DNA of 64,000 nucleotides from Alphaproteobacteria bacterium. GTDB taxonomy: Bacteria; Pseudomonadota; Alphaproteobacteria; MPNO01. Under the pieces are notes generated by a model. That model searched no databases. It was not told the DNA's origin and saw nothing but the letters and a program-made list of their open reading frames with translations. The DNA lies in NCBI GenBank assembly GCA_965248835.1, contig CBDFLJ010000002.1, positions 128,001 to 192,000 on the forward strand, given 5' to 3'. Positions 17,928 through 29,787 of the stretch are shown one piece after another. Every line of letters starts with the position of its first letter. The first letter of the stretch is position 1. The position numbers were made by a program, and so were the translations under genes.

Positions 17928-19160
17928 GTGTTCGTCCAAACAATCCGGGCCAATCCGTACGGCTGGCTCGTCGTCGCGGCCTGCTTTCTTTCATTGATGG
18001 CATCATATGCCGCACGCAGCTCGATCGGGCTGATGATGCCGTTGTGGGAGAAGGACCCCGGATGGACCCGCGACTTCACTTCGGGCGCGGGTGCGATGGT
18101 GCTGGTCCTGATGGCGGTGGTCTCGCCCGCCGCCGGCGCCCTCATCGACCGGTTCGGGCCGCGCGCGGTTTGTGCGGCCGGGTTGGCTTCGATCGGCGCC
18201 GGCCTGCTGCTGACCTCGGTCGGCTCGGCGGACTGGCAGCTCTTCGCCTTCTACGGCGGGTTGCTCGGGCTCGGGTCGGGCGCGATCGCGATGCCGATGG
18301 TCTCGGCCGCGGTGGCGCATTATTTCTCGACCAACCAAGGGCTTGCCAGCGGTATCGGGTTCTCGGGCGCGACCGGCGGACAGCTCATCGCGCTGCCGGC
18401 GCTCGGCCTGCTGGTCACCGCGCTCGGCTGGCGCGGCACCTATGTCAGCCTCGGCCTGACGATCCTGGTCCTGGCCGCGCTGGCCTGGGCGGTGCTGCGG
18501 GGCTGGACGCCACGCGCGGATGCCGGCGATGCCCGGGCCGCCGACCCGATCGGCAGCCGGCTCTCCTACCTTTTCGGGAACGCGACCTTCTGGCTGCTTC
18601 TGGGCGGCTTCCTGGTCTGCGGGTTCACCACCGCCGGCGTGATCGAGGTCCACCTGATCCCCTATGCCGCCTATTGCGGGTTCGGCCCTCTCGAGGGCGC
18701 GACCGCCTACGGCGTCCATGGCGGCTTCAACATGATCGGCGTGATCCTGGCCGGTGCGCTTGCCGACCGGCTCCACCGGCCGCGGATGCTGGCCGGGATC
18801 TTCTTCCTGCGGGCGGTCCTGTTCGTGCTGCTGCTCCATGTCGGGACCGACTTGCCGCTCCTGTTCCTGTTCGCAGCCCTGTACGGCTTCATGAACTTCG
18901 CCACCCTGCCGATCATCGCCAGCATCGTCGCCGCGCGGCTGGGAGTCGGGGTGATCGGGCTCGCGCTGGGGTTGATCTTCGGCGCGCACTGGCTGGGCGC
19001 GGCCGCCGGCGCCTTCCTCGGCGGCCATCTCTACCAACTGTTCGCGCGCTATGACGAGCTGTGGCTGGTCAGCATCGCCTCGGTGATCGTGGCCGGTTTC
19101 CTGATGCTGCTTATCCCCGAGGACAGGACCGGCGCCAGACCGATCGCGGTGCCGGCCTAG
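17928..19160 (+). CDS. MFS transporter
   Basis: About 12 TM; GALIDRFGPR motif A, GALADR repeat. Confidence 0.9.
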   Translation: MFVQTIRANPYGWLVVAACFLSLMASYAARSSIGLMMPLWEKDPGWTRDFTSGAGAMVLVLMAVVSPAAGALIDRFGPRAVCAAGLASIGAGLLLTSVGSADWQLFAFYGGLLGLGSGAIAMPMVSAAVAHYFSTNQGLASGIGFSGATGGQLIALPALGLLVTALGWRGTYVSLGLTILVLAALAWAVLRGWTPRADAGDARAADPIGSRLSYLFGNATFWLLLGGFLVCGFTTAGVIEVHLIPYAAYCGFGPLEGATAYGVHGGFNMIGVILAGALADRLHRPRMLAGIFFLRAVLFVLLLHVGTDLPLLFLFAALYGFMNFATLPIIASIVAARLGVGVIGLALGLIFGAHWLGAAAGAFLGGHLYQLFARYDELWLVSIASVIVAGFLMLLIPEDRTGARPIAVPA

Positions 19161-19608
19161 CGCGTTCCGACCGGATCGCGCCGTGCTTGGCGGCCTGGTT
19201 ATGGCGCAGCGCGCGGAACGTGTCCTCCTCGGCCCAGGCCTCGAACTGGCCGGGATCGATCGGCGAGGTGCCTTGCGGGCACATCGCATCGTAGATGTCG
19301 GCGAACAGCACGTAGTGCGAGAACTCGTCGCGCATCAGGTCCAGAACGTCGTGCCGGCCGAAGCCGCGGTCGATCTGATCGAATCTTTCCTGGATCTCGA
19401 CGCAGGGTCCGAGAAGGATGCCGAGGTTTCTGTAATCGCCGGAGCCGGAGCCGTTGAACTCCTTGATGCATTGCCGGCGCAGCCAGTCGAGGTCGGTCTG
19501 GACGGTGCGCAGCGGCGAATCCCAATTGGTATGCACGACCTCCGCTTCGCCGGCCCAGTAGGGCGCCGATACCGCAATCAGCCGTTCGAGGTTCGCGCTT
19601 GCTGCCAT
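19111..19608 (-). pseudogene. C-terminally truncated ferritin-like protein, paralogue of 60515-61288
   Basis: PYWAGEAEV, KEFNG, DEFSHYVLFADIY match PYWEAEGEI, KELNP, DEFNHYVLLADVF; second half missing and frame runs into the MFS 3' end. Confidence 0.7.
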
Positions 19609-19691
19609 CGCCGGACCCCCATTCTGCGGCCGGGGCGATATTAGGGTCTGTGCGGAAGCCCTGCCATATTGGCCGCTGCCCTGGTTCGGAG

Positions 19692-20603
19692 ATGGCGGTG
19701 GCCTCAGTCCTGCGTGCATACCGAGCGATCGGCCGGTGGCCGCCGGCGGTTCAGTGCGCCGGTCTGATCGTCATCTCCAGCCTGCTCATGGTCCTCCAGC
19801 TCGCGATCGTGAGGATGATCGCCGACGGTGTGCCGGTCTTCGAGATCGTCCTTTTCCGCGGGCTGTTCGGCGCGCTGGCGATGGCGCCGCTGCTCGTCCG
19901 CGGCGGCGGGATCCATCTGCGGCCCAACCGGCCGGGGCTGATCTGGCTCACCGGCTCGCTCGCCTTCCTGGCTGCGGTCCTGTTCTATCTGTCGGCCAAA
20001 CACCTGCCGATCGCCGACATCACCGCGATCCACCTGTCCCGGCCCATCTGCGCGGCCCTTGTCGCCGCGGTCGTGCTGGACGAGGCGCTGCGGCGCAACC
20101 GGCTGCTGGCGATCGGCCTCGGTCTGGTCGGGGCCGCGATCGTCATCCGGCCGGACCAGGTGGCGTTCAATATCGGGGTCGTCTATGTCCTGGGCGTGGT
20201 TGCGGTGCAGAGTTGGAACCCGATCAACCGCAAGCTGCTCGCGATGAGCGAGCATCCCGACACGGTGGCCGTCTGGAACGTCTTGACCATCATCCCGTTC
20301 GGGCTGGTGGCGACGGTCTTCGTCTGGACCCCGCCGTCGTTCGGCCAGCTTGGCTGGATGGCGGTGATCGGCCTGCTGGAACTGCTCAACCAGCGGGTCC
20401 TGGCCCGCGCCTATGTGCGCGGTGCCGCGATGGCCGTCGTCGGGCTGCAATATACGCGGCTGCCGATCGCGGCCGTCGTCGGTTATGCGCTGTTCGGCGA
20501 GGCGCCGACCATCTGGGTGTGGATCGGCGCAGCCGTGATCGCTCTGGCCGCGGTCATCCTCGCCCGCGGCGAGGGTGCATCAGGCGCCAAGCAGCCGCGC
20601 TGA
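19692..20603 (+). CDS. DMT/EamA family transporter
   Basis: About 10 TM; FEIVLFRG, LPIADITAI, LQYTRLPIAA..GYALFGE. Confidence 0.88.
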   Translation: MAVASVLRAYRAIGRWPPAVQCAGLIVISSLLMVLQLAIVRMIADGVPVFEIVLFRGLFGALAMAPLLVRGGGIHLRPNRPGLIWLTGSLAFLAAVLFYLSAKHLPIADITAIHLSRPICAALVAAVVLDEALRRNRLLAIGLGLVGAAIVIRPDQVAFNIGVVYVLGVVAVQSWNPINRKLLAMSEHPDTVAVWNVLTIIPFGLVATVFVWTPPSFGQLGWMAVIGLLELLNQRVLARAYVRGAAMAVVGLQYTRLPIAAVVGYALFGEAPTIWVWIGAAVIALAAVILARGEGASGAKQPR

Positions 20604-21859
20604 GACCCAATCCGCGTGTTGCAGCAGCCGGTCGTCGGCACCGACGGGCGCGACGAGCTGGATGCCGACCGGCGCGCCCGTCGGCCCGGAGAACGCCGGC
20701 ACGTTGAGGCACGGGGTGTGCATCAAGGTCCAGACCCGGTTGAAGTTCGAGGCCTGGACGCCGACGAGATCGGTGGTCGGCTCGCCGGGCGCGCTCGGCG
20801 CCAGGATCAGATCGATGCCGGCGAACTTCCGGGCCAGCGCCCGGCGGAAGGTCTCGGCCGTCGCGCATGCGGCATCATAGGCCGCTTCGTCGCAGCGCTC
20901 GCCGAACGCGATTTGATCGCGGATCCACGCGTTGAGCGAATCGCGGTGCCGGGCGACCTCGCTGGCCAGCGCCCGGCCGCCCTCGACGGTCGAGATCACC
21001 TGGAAGGCCTCCTCGATCGCATCGAAGCCTTCCGGCAGGTCGAAGTCGACGACAGCGGCACCGGCAGCGCGCAGGATGCGTTCCGCCTCCTCGATCGCGG
21101 TCCGCGTTGCCGGTTCGGCGACCTCCCAGGCCGGGGTGCAGCACAGGCCGATCCGCGGTGCGGGCTGATCGGCGCCGATCGGCGCCAGCGGACTGCCGGT
21201 GATCGCCGCGCGCGCACGCGCGATGTCGGCCAGGCTGCGGGCGAAGATGCCGATGGTATCGAGCGTGGGGCGGAGGTGGCGCAGCCCGGTGCGCGCGATC
21301 CCGTCAAGGCTCGCCTTGTAGCCGAACACCCCGCAAGACGACGCCGGCATGATCATCGAGCCGCCGGTCTGGCTGCCCAGCGCGATCGGCACCATGTCGT
21401 CGGCCACCGCGGCCGCCGAGCCCGAGGACGAAACCCCGGGGCTGCGCGCCCGATCACGCGGGTTCAGGACGCCGACCGGCACCGGGCTCGCGAACTCGGT
21501 GGTGGTGGTCTTGCCGAGGATCACCGCGCCGGCCGCGCGCAGGGCGGCGACACAGGCTGTGTCGCGTGCCGGCCGGTGGCCTTTGTGGATCGCCGAGCCG
21601 TATTCGGTCGGCATGTCGGCGGTATCGAAAATGTCCTTGATTCCGACCGGGATGCCGCGCAGCAGGCCGCCTTCGGAAGCATCGGCATCGCGCGCCTGGG
21701 CCAGGGCGTGGGCCGGATCGACATGGGTCCAGGCGCCGACCTCGCCGTCGCGCTCGGCGATACGCTCCAGGCAGGCCGCAACCAGGGCTTCGGAAGTGAT
21801 CGCCCCGGCGGCGATCTCCGCTGCCGCTTCGGTCGCATCGAGGGTGTTGAGCGCCCGGC

Positions 21860-21863
<4 letters not shown>
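20580..21863 (-). CDS. Amidase-signature family amidase
   Basis: GIPVGIKD, GKTTTTEF, PGVSSSGSAAAV, GSQTGGS; GTG start overlaps ligase stop. Confidence 0.9.
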
Positions 21864-23443
<1,580 letters not shown>

Positions 23444-23452
23444 TGCGCGCAA

Positions 23453-24886
23453 TCAGTTGAAGTGGATGTATTCGAAGGTCTCGGGGTCCTCATGGTTGAT
23501 GCCGCGCGCCGGCGGGGCGACCCAGCCGGCGATCTTGCCCGGCTCGACCACGCGGTGCATCAGGGACAGGACGAAGGCGCGGTCGTCCTCATCGGGCAGC
23601 CAGTCGTCGTGGCTGCGGGTCCACTCGGCTTCGGAAACGATCTTGCCCTTGGGCGAGATCTTGTTGTCGGAGAAGTGACCGATCCGGCGGTGGAAGCCGC
23701 GGTGGGGCAGCTTGAACTGGAAGTCGATGCCGTGCTTCTTGATGTTGCGGTTCCAGCGTGTCATGCCGCGCTTGCAGTCGGCGATGTACTCATCGCGCAG
23801 CCGTTCGTTGACCGCGTTCAGCGCCGGCTGGTCCACGGTGCGGACCGCATCGCCGTCGACCATCTCGACCGGCCAGGTGCCGTCCAGCAGGCGGTGGTCG
23901 TCGTCGATCTGGGTCTCCAGGAACCGGCCCTTGAGGCTCTGGTTGAAGTAGTTCGCGGCGTTGGTCGACAGTTCCTGGCCGAACAGGTCGACCGAGACGC
24001 TGAAGTGGAAGTTCATGAACTTCTGCAGGGTCGGCATGTCGACCGCGCCGGCCGCGCGCACCCGCTCGGGGTCGTCGGTCTTGAGCTCGTTCATCACCTG
24101 GCAGGTACGCTCGATCACCCGTCCGACCCCGGTCTCGCCGATGAACATATGATGGCCTTCCTCGGTCAGCATGAACTGACAGGTCCGCGCCAGCGGGTCG
24201 AAGCCGGACTCCGCGAGCGAGGCGAGCTGGTACTTGCCGTCGCGGTCGGTGAAGTAGGTGAACATGAAGAAGGACAGCCAGTCCGGCGTCTTCTCGTTGA
24301 AGGCGCCGAGGATGCGCGGCTTGTCGGCGTCCCCCGAATGGCGTTCCAGCATCGCCTCGGCCTCCTCGCGGCCGTCGCGGCCGAAATAGGCGTGCAGCAG
24401 ATAGACCATCGCCCACAGATGGCGGCCTTCCTCGACATTGACCTGGAAGATGTTGCGCAGGTCGTAGAGCGACGGCGCGGTCAGGCCGAGCATGCGCTGC
24501 TGCTCGACCGAGGCGGGCTCGGTATCGCCCTGGGTGACGATCAACCGGCGCAGGGTCGAGCGGTACTCGCCCGGCACCTCCTGCCAGACGTCCTCGCCCC
24601 TGTGCTCGCCGAAGCTGATTTTCTTGTCCTCGATCAAGGGGCTGACGAAGATCCCCCAGCGGTAGTCCGGCATCTTGACGAAGTCGTAATGGGCCCAGCC
24701 CTCAGGCTCGACGCTGATCGCGGTGCGCAAATAGATGTCGAAGTTCTTGCTCCCCTCAGGGCCGAGCTCGCGCCACCAGTCGAGGAAGCGCGGCTGCCAG
24801 TTCTCCAGCGCCCGCTGTAGGCGGCGGTTGTCGCCCAGATCGACGTTGTTGGGGATGCGCTCGTTGTAGTTGATCGCCATGATCAA
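23453..24886 (-). CDS. boxB: Benzoyl-CoA 2,3-epoxidase subunit
   Basis: INYNERIPNNVDL, QGDTEPASVEQQ, VNVEEGRHLWAM, MLTEEGHHMF di-iron motifs. Confidence 0.96.
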   Translation of the reverse strand: MIMAINYNERIPNNVDLGDNRRLQRALENWQPRFLDWWRELGPEGSKNFDIYLRTAISVEPEGWAHYDFVKMPDYRWGIFVSPLIEDKKISFGEHRGEDVWQEVPGEYRSTLRRLIVTQGDTEPASVEQQRMLGLTAPSLYDLRNIFQVNVEEGRHLWAMVYLLHAYFGRDGREEAEAMLERHSGDADKPRILGAFNEKTPDWLSFFMFTYFTDRDGKYQLASLAESGFDPLARTCQFMLTEEGHHMFIGETGVGRVIERTCQVMNELKTDDPERVRAAGAVDMPTLQKFMNFHFSVSVDLFGQELSTNAANYFNQSLKGRFLETQIDDDHRLLDGTWPVEMVDGDAVRTVDQPALNAVNERLRDEYIADCKRGMTRWNRNIKKHGIDFQFKLPHRGFHRRIGHFSDNKISPKGKIVSEAEWTRSHDDWLPDEDDRAFVLSLMHRVVEPGKIAGWVAPPARGINHEDPETFEYIHFN

Positions 24887-26574
24887 ACCCTTCGCTTGTC
24901 GAATTGGCTCTTGCGCCCGGAGCCGTAGAGCTTGAGTGCGCCCTGTTCACCGGCCGCGTTGGGCCGCTGGAATATCCAGTTCTGCCAGGCGCTGAGCCGG
25001 CCGAAGATCTTGGTCTCCAGGGTCTCCGGTCCGGCGAAGCGCAGGCTCGCCTCCATGCCGGTCAGCGCATCGGGCGAGAAGCTTGCGCGCTCCTCGATCG
25101 CGATCCGGACCTCGTCTTGCCAGTCGATGTCGTCGGGGGTGAAGGTGACCAGCCCGAGTTCCTCGGCGTCGGCGGCCTCCAGCTTGTCGCCGATGCGCGC
25201 CCGGGCGGTCTCGACCCTGGCCGGCTCGGACAGGAACCGGGATTCCAGCCTGGTGATGCCGCTGGACATGGTCAGCGGGCCGAAGTTCATGCCGGTCAGG
25301 GCGACGGCCGCCACCTCGTTGCCGCCTTCGAAAGTGCCGTCCAGCATGTAAACCCGGTCGGCGGCCAGCATCAGCTCGACCAGCGTGCCGGCAAAGCAGC
25401 TTCCCGGCTCGACCAGGGCGATCAGGCTGCGCGAGGAGACATCGACGCGCTTGAGCACGCGCTTGAGATAGAGCGTGGTCTCGCGCACCAGCCAGTCGCC
25501 TTCATTGTCCAGGAGCGCCTGGTCGGCGGCGGCTATCAGCGCGGAATCGCCGGTCGACTTGAAGACCCAGGTGCCGATCTCCTGCTCGTTCAGCCGGAGT
25601 TCCATGATCGCATCGTCGAGTTCGCGGGCGAGCGCCAGCGGCCAGAAGCCGACCCCCTGGGCGTGGATGTCGGCAATATCGCCCGGCGGTTCCCGATCGG
25701 GCGCGCGGATGGTGATCGTCGCCGTCGAATCGCCGCGGTCGAGCACGACGTCGAGGTGGGAATAGACGATCCGATCGGCCTCGATCGACTTGTCCAGCGC
25801 GGTGAGCGCGATGCCTTTGGCGTCGGCCGGCCGGTCGGACCGGCCGGCGAATTCCTTGGCGCGCTCGGCGACCGTCTCGGCGAAGCGGGAGCGGGGAACC
25901 AGCTCGTCGATCAGCCGCCAGTCGACCGCGCGCTGGCCGCGCATGCCCTCCGACGTGGTGCAGAAGAAATCGGCGTGGTCATGGCGGACCTTGCGCTTGT
26001 CGACCAGCCGGGTGAGCCCGCCGGTCCCCGGCAGTACCGCGAGCAGCGGAAGCTCGGGCAGCGAGACCGTGGACGAGCCGTCGTCGATCAGCATGATGTA
26101 GTCGCAAGCCAGGGCGAGCTCGTAGCCGCCGCCGGCCGCGGTTCCGTTGATCGCGCAGATATAGGTCTGGTGCGAGTTCCCGGTGGCGTCCTCGATGCCG
26201 TTGCGGGTCTCGTTGGTGAACTTGCAGAAATTGACCTTGTGAGCGTGGCTCGACCGGCCCAGCATGTTGATGTTGGCCCCGGCGCAGAAGACCCGCGGTT
26301 TGTCCGAGGTCACGACCACGCAGCCGACCTCCGGGTGCTCGAACCGGAGCCGCTGGATCGCATCGTAGAGCTCGATGTCGACGCCGAGATCGTAGGAGTT
26401 GAGCTTCAGCGCGTAGCCCGGCATCAGCGTCGCGTCTTCGTCGACGTCCATGGCAAGGCGCGCGACGCTGCCCTCGACGGTGAGCTTCCAATGGCGGTAC
26501 CGATCCGGGCTGGTCTGGATGTCGATCCGTCCCGCGCCTTCGGCCTGCGTGACGTCTTGTGCCGTTTCCGCCAT
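24883..26574 (-). CDS. boxC: 2,3-epoxybenzoyl-CoA dihydrolase
   Basis: LKLNSYDLGVDIEL, HKVNFCKFTNETR, LPGTGGLTR, RLSAWQNWIFQRPNA. Confidence 0.96.
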   Translation of the reverse strand: MAETAQDVTQAEGAGRIDIQTSPDRYRHWKLTVEGSVARLAMDVDEDATLMPGYALKLNSYDLGVDIELYDAIQRLRFEHPEVGCVVVTSDKPRVFCAGANINMLGRSSHAHKVNFCKFTNETRNGIEDATGNSHQTYICAINGTAAGGGYELALACDYIMLIDDGSSTVSLPELPLLAVLPGTGGLTRLVDKRKVRHDHADFFCTTSEGMRGQRAVDWRLIDELVPRSRFAETVAERAKEFAGRSDRPADAKGIALTALDKSIEADRIVYSHLDVVLDRGDSTATITIRAPDREPPGDIADIHAQGVGFWPLALARELDDAIMELRLNEQEIGTWVFKSTGDSALIAAADQALLDNEGDWLVRETTLYLKRVLKRVDVSSRSLIALVEPGSCFAGTLVELMLAADRVYMLDGTFEGGNEVAAVALTGMNFGPLTMSSGITRLESRFLSEPARVETARARIGDKLEAADAEELGLVTFTPDDIDWQDEVRIAIEERASFSPDALTGMEASLRFAGPETLETKIFGRLSAWQNWIFQRPNAAGEQGALKLYGSGRKSQFDKRRV

Positions 26575-26633
26575 CTCCGTTCTCCAAAGCCCAGCCTCTC
26601 GGGAGCCGCGGCAACCGGCCGCGCCGAACCCGC

Positions 26634-26684
26634 ATTCTTTTTAGGTTTATAATTGTTTTTATGTCAACAATATGATTCTCAACC
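26634..26684. promoter_or_regulatory. AT-rich divergent promoter region between boxC and an acyl-CoA synthetase
   Basis: ttctttttaggtttataattgtttttatgtcaacaatatgattctcaa in GC-rich context; TTGACA on the - strand. Confidence 0.6.
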
Positions 26685-26757
26685 AATCCCGGCTTGAGGA
26701 CCTCCAGCCGCGCAATGTACCCTGTCCGGCGTGCAAATCGTAGGGCTGTCGAAGACC

Positions 26758-28335
26758 ATGCCGCAATCCGAAGCGCCGATGTCCGCCGCGCCCGACCAGC
26801 CCGTCGAGCACGTCCTGCTGGCATGGCTGGAGCGCAACGCGGCGCGGCATCCGGATAAGGTCTTCGTGCATTCGATCGATCAGGACAAGGCGATCACCTA
26901 TCGCCAGGCGCGGCTTGCGGTGGGCCGCCTGGCCTGCGAAATGGCTGCGCGCGGCCTCGGTGCCAACGACCGCGTAGTCCTGCTGGCGAACAACTCGATC
27001 GAGCATCTGATGGCCTATCTCGGCGTGATGGTCCACGGCGCGACGGTCTGCACGGTCCATGTCGAGATGAACGCGGCGTATTTCGAAGACATCCTGGGCT
27101 CGCTCGATGCCCGGCTGGTGCTGTTCGAGGAAGGGCTGGGCCTGGAGCGGCTCAAAGGCACGGCGGGCGGGGAATGGATCCCTCTGGGCGACTGGCGGCC
27201 CGACCGGGGCGCGGGGTTGTTTGCCGATATCGCGCGCCACGCAGAGGCGGGACCGTTCCGGCCGCTCAATGGCTATGGCGATATCGCGTCGATCTTCTAC
27301 ACATCGGGCACGGCGGCCAGGCCAAAGGGCGTTGTGTGCACCTTCGCCGAGCTGATCGACAACATCGAGCCTACCGCCGATGCGTTCGGCATCACCGGGC
27401 GCGACCGCGTGCTCGACTTCCGGTCCTACAACTGGATGTCTGCGCAGGTCCTGAGCTTCCTCGGCGTGCTGTGCAGGGGCGCGACGCTGTTCATGGCCCG
27501 CAAGTTTTCCCAAAGCCGTTATTTCGACTGGATCCGCGACTTCGAGATCTCCGTCGGCGTGTGCAATCCCACGGCCATCAACATGTTCATCAACCGGCCG
27601 ATCGCGGTCACCGGCGCCGATGTGCCGCATCTCCGCTTTCTCACCTCGAGCTCGGCGCCCCTGATGGTCGCCGACTGGAAGGCCTTCGAGGAGATGTATG
27701 CGATCCCCGTCGCCCAGGGCTACGGCTCGTCGGAGACCGGCTGGATCGCCGGCTCGAACGAGCACACCCGCCGGATGGGGACGGTGGGCAAGCCGCATGC
27801 CTATCAGAACCTCGCCGTGGTCGACGATGCCGGCCGGCCGCTGCCGCCGGGCGAGATCGGCGCGATCGAGCTCGGCCGCGCGCCGGACAACGCGTTCCGC
27901 TACCTGGCCGAGGACGGGACGTTCCGCGTCAATGCCAGGGGTCGGGCCAGGACCGGCGATCTCGGCTATCTCGATGCGGACGGGTATCTCCACGTCACCG
28001 GCCGGACCAAGGACCTGATCATCCGCGGCGGGGTCAACATCGCGCCCACCGAGATCGACAATCTGGTGCTCGGCATGCCCGAGGTCGCCGAGGCCGCCGC
28101 CGTGGGTGTCCCCGACAAGATCTACGGCGAGGAGGTCGTGGTCTATGTCGCCGCCAAGCCCGGCGTCGCGCTGACCGGCGAAGCGGTGCTCGCCCATTGC
28201 GGTGCTGCCCTGCCGCGCGCCAAGATGCCCAAGGAAGTCGTCTTCCGCGACGCGCTGCCCAAGACCGAGCGCGGCAAGTTGGACCGCAACGCGCTTGCCG
28301 CCGACTGGCGGGCGCACCATGCCGAACAGCCCTGA
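26758..28335 (+). CDS. AMP-dependent acyl-CoA synthetase (class I adenylate-forming)
   Basis: FYTSGTAARPKG, QGYGSSE, TGDLG, GRTKDLIIRGG, LPKTERGK. Confidence 0.9.
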   Translation: MPQSEAPMSAAPDQPVEHVLLAWLERNAARHPDKVFVHSIDQDKAITYRQARLAVGRLACEMAARGLGANDRVVLLANNSIEHLMAYLGVMVHGATVCTVHVEMNAAYFEDILGSLDARLVLFEEGLGLERLKGTAGGEWIPLGDWRPDRGAGLFADIARHAEAGPFRPLNGYGDIASIFYTSGTAARPKGVVCTFAELIDNIEPTADAFGITGRDRVLDFRSYNWMSAQVLSFLGVLCRGATLFMARKFSQSRYFDWIRDFEISVGVCNPTAINMFINRPIAVTGADVPHLRFLTSSSAPLMVADWKAFEEMYAIPVAQGYGSSETGWIAGSNEHTRRMGTVGKPHAYQNLAVVDDAGRPLPPGEIGAIELGRAPDNAFRYLAEDGTFRVNARGRARTGDLGYLDADGYLHVTGRTKDLIIRGGVNIAPTEIDNLVLGMPEVAEAAAVGVPDKIYGEEVVVYVAAKPGVALTGEAVLAHCGAALPRAKMPKEVVFRDALPKTERGKLDRNALAADWRAHHAEQP

Positions 28336-28349
28336 GACGGAGAACCGCA

Positions 28350-28790
28350 ATGCCAGAGACCGCAACCGCTTCCGGCCGCGTCCGGGCACCCCAGACCTTC
28401 CGCTACGAGAAGCCTCGGGACCAATCCTCCGACAAGGCGATCGTATCCCTGTGCCAGACCGACATCATCCGCGGCGCGGTCCAGGTGGTGCGCGAGGGCG
28501 GCGACAACAACCTCCATTCCCACACCGGGATGGACGGGTTCTGGATGGTGCTCAAGGGCCGGGTGCGCTGGTGGGGCCCCGGCGAGGAGGTGCTGGGCGA
28601 GTTCGGTGTGCACGAAGGGATCGTGATGCCGAGGAATTCCCAGTACTGGTTCGAATCGATCGGCGAGGAGCCGCTGGAACTGCTCCAGGTGGTTGCCTTC
28701 GACCGCTCGGTGAGGAATCAGCGGATCGATGTCGATGCCCGGAAATTCGACATCGACGCCACCCAGCGCTTCAGCGGCCGGGCGTCGTAA
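28350..28790 (+). CDS. Cupin-domain protein
   Basis: MPETATASG...; NLHSHTGMDGFWMVLKGRV, GIVMPRNSQYWF; GGAG RBS. Confidence 0.8.
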   Translation: MPETATASGRVRAPQTFRYEKPRDQSSDKAIVSLCQTDIIRGAVQVVREGGDNNLHSHTGMDGFWMVLKGRVRWWGPGEEVLGEFGVHEGIVMPRNSQYWFESIGEEPLELLQVVAFDRSVRNQRIDVDARKFDIDATQRFSGRAS

Positions 28791-28921
28791 ATCCGCGTCC
28801 GGACCGTCGGATCATCCGACAGTGGTTGCGCCGCCAGGTTGCAGGATCGCGTCAAATTCTTGCTCCGGCCGGCCGGGACCGCCATCATGGCGCCTTCGGT
28901 CGATCAGCCGGGAGACCAGGC

Positions 28922-29779
28922 GTGGCGCCATTCCAGACCAGACCTCTGTCGGATGCCCTGGGGGCCGAGATCGTCGGGCTGGACATCCTGGCCCCGATCG
29001 ATGCCGAGACCGCGGCGGCGCTGCGCGAGGCGTGGACCAGGCATATCGTCTTGCTGGTCCGTGCCCCGGAGCTCTCGCAGGACGACCAGCTTCGCTTCGC
29101 CCAATGCTTCGGCGAGGTCGGCCGGCGCCCGCGCCCGGCCGCGGAACGGCCGGAGGATGCCCAGAGCGTCCACCCGGCGATGATGCTGATCTCGAACGTG
29201 CGGGTCGACGGCAAGCCGATCGGCTCGCTGCCCGACGGCGAGATGTACTTCCACCACGACACCATCTTCAAAGCCCAGCCCAACCGCGGCACCATGCTCT
29301 ACGCGATCGAGATCCCGAGCGTCGGCGGCAACACCAGGTTCGCCAATCTCTACAAGGCCTATGACGCGCTGCCCGAACGTATCAAGTCGCGGATCGCCGG
29401 GCGCAAGGCCCATCACGTCTACGACTACGTCGTCTACAACAGCCGCGAGGGCAAGGGCCGGCACGCCACGACCGTCGACGGCTATTCCCACCCTGTCGCG
29501 ATCACCCATCCGGCCAGCGGCCGCAAGGCGCTCTATGTCGACCGGCTGATGACCATGCGGATCGAGGGCCTGCCCGAGGACGAAAGCGATGCGCTGCTGG
29601 CGGAGATGTTCGACATCGCCGAGCGCGAGGACCTCGTCTACGAGCACGCCTGGACGCCGGGCGACCTGTTGATCTGGGACAATCTGTGCTCGGCCCACGC
29701 CCGCACCGACTTCTCCTCCGGTGAACGGCGGCTGCTGCGCCGCTGCCAGATGGCTTCGCAGACCGTCCCCGTGGAGTAG
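28922..29779 (+). CDS. TauD/TfdA family Fe(II)/2-oxoglutarate dioxygenase
   Basis: LGAEIVGLD, FHHDT, GGNTRFAN, HPVAITHP, IWDNLCSAHAR. Confidence 0.9.
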   Translation: MAPFQTRPLSDALGAEIVGLDILAPIDAETAAALREAWTRHIVLLVRAPELSQDDQLRFAQCFGEVGRRPRPAAERPEDAQSVHPAMMLISNVRVDGKPIGSLPDGEMYFHHDTIFKAQPNRGTMLYAIEIPSVGGNTRFANLYKAYDALPERIKSRIAGRKAHHVYDYVVYNSREGKGRHATTVDGYSHPVAITHPASGRKALYVDRLMTMRIEGLPEDESDALLAEMFDIAEREDLVYEHAWTPGDLLIWDNLCSAHARTDFSSGERRLLRRCQMASQTVPVE

Positions 29780-29787
29780 GCCACGGC

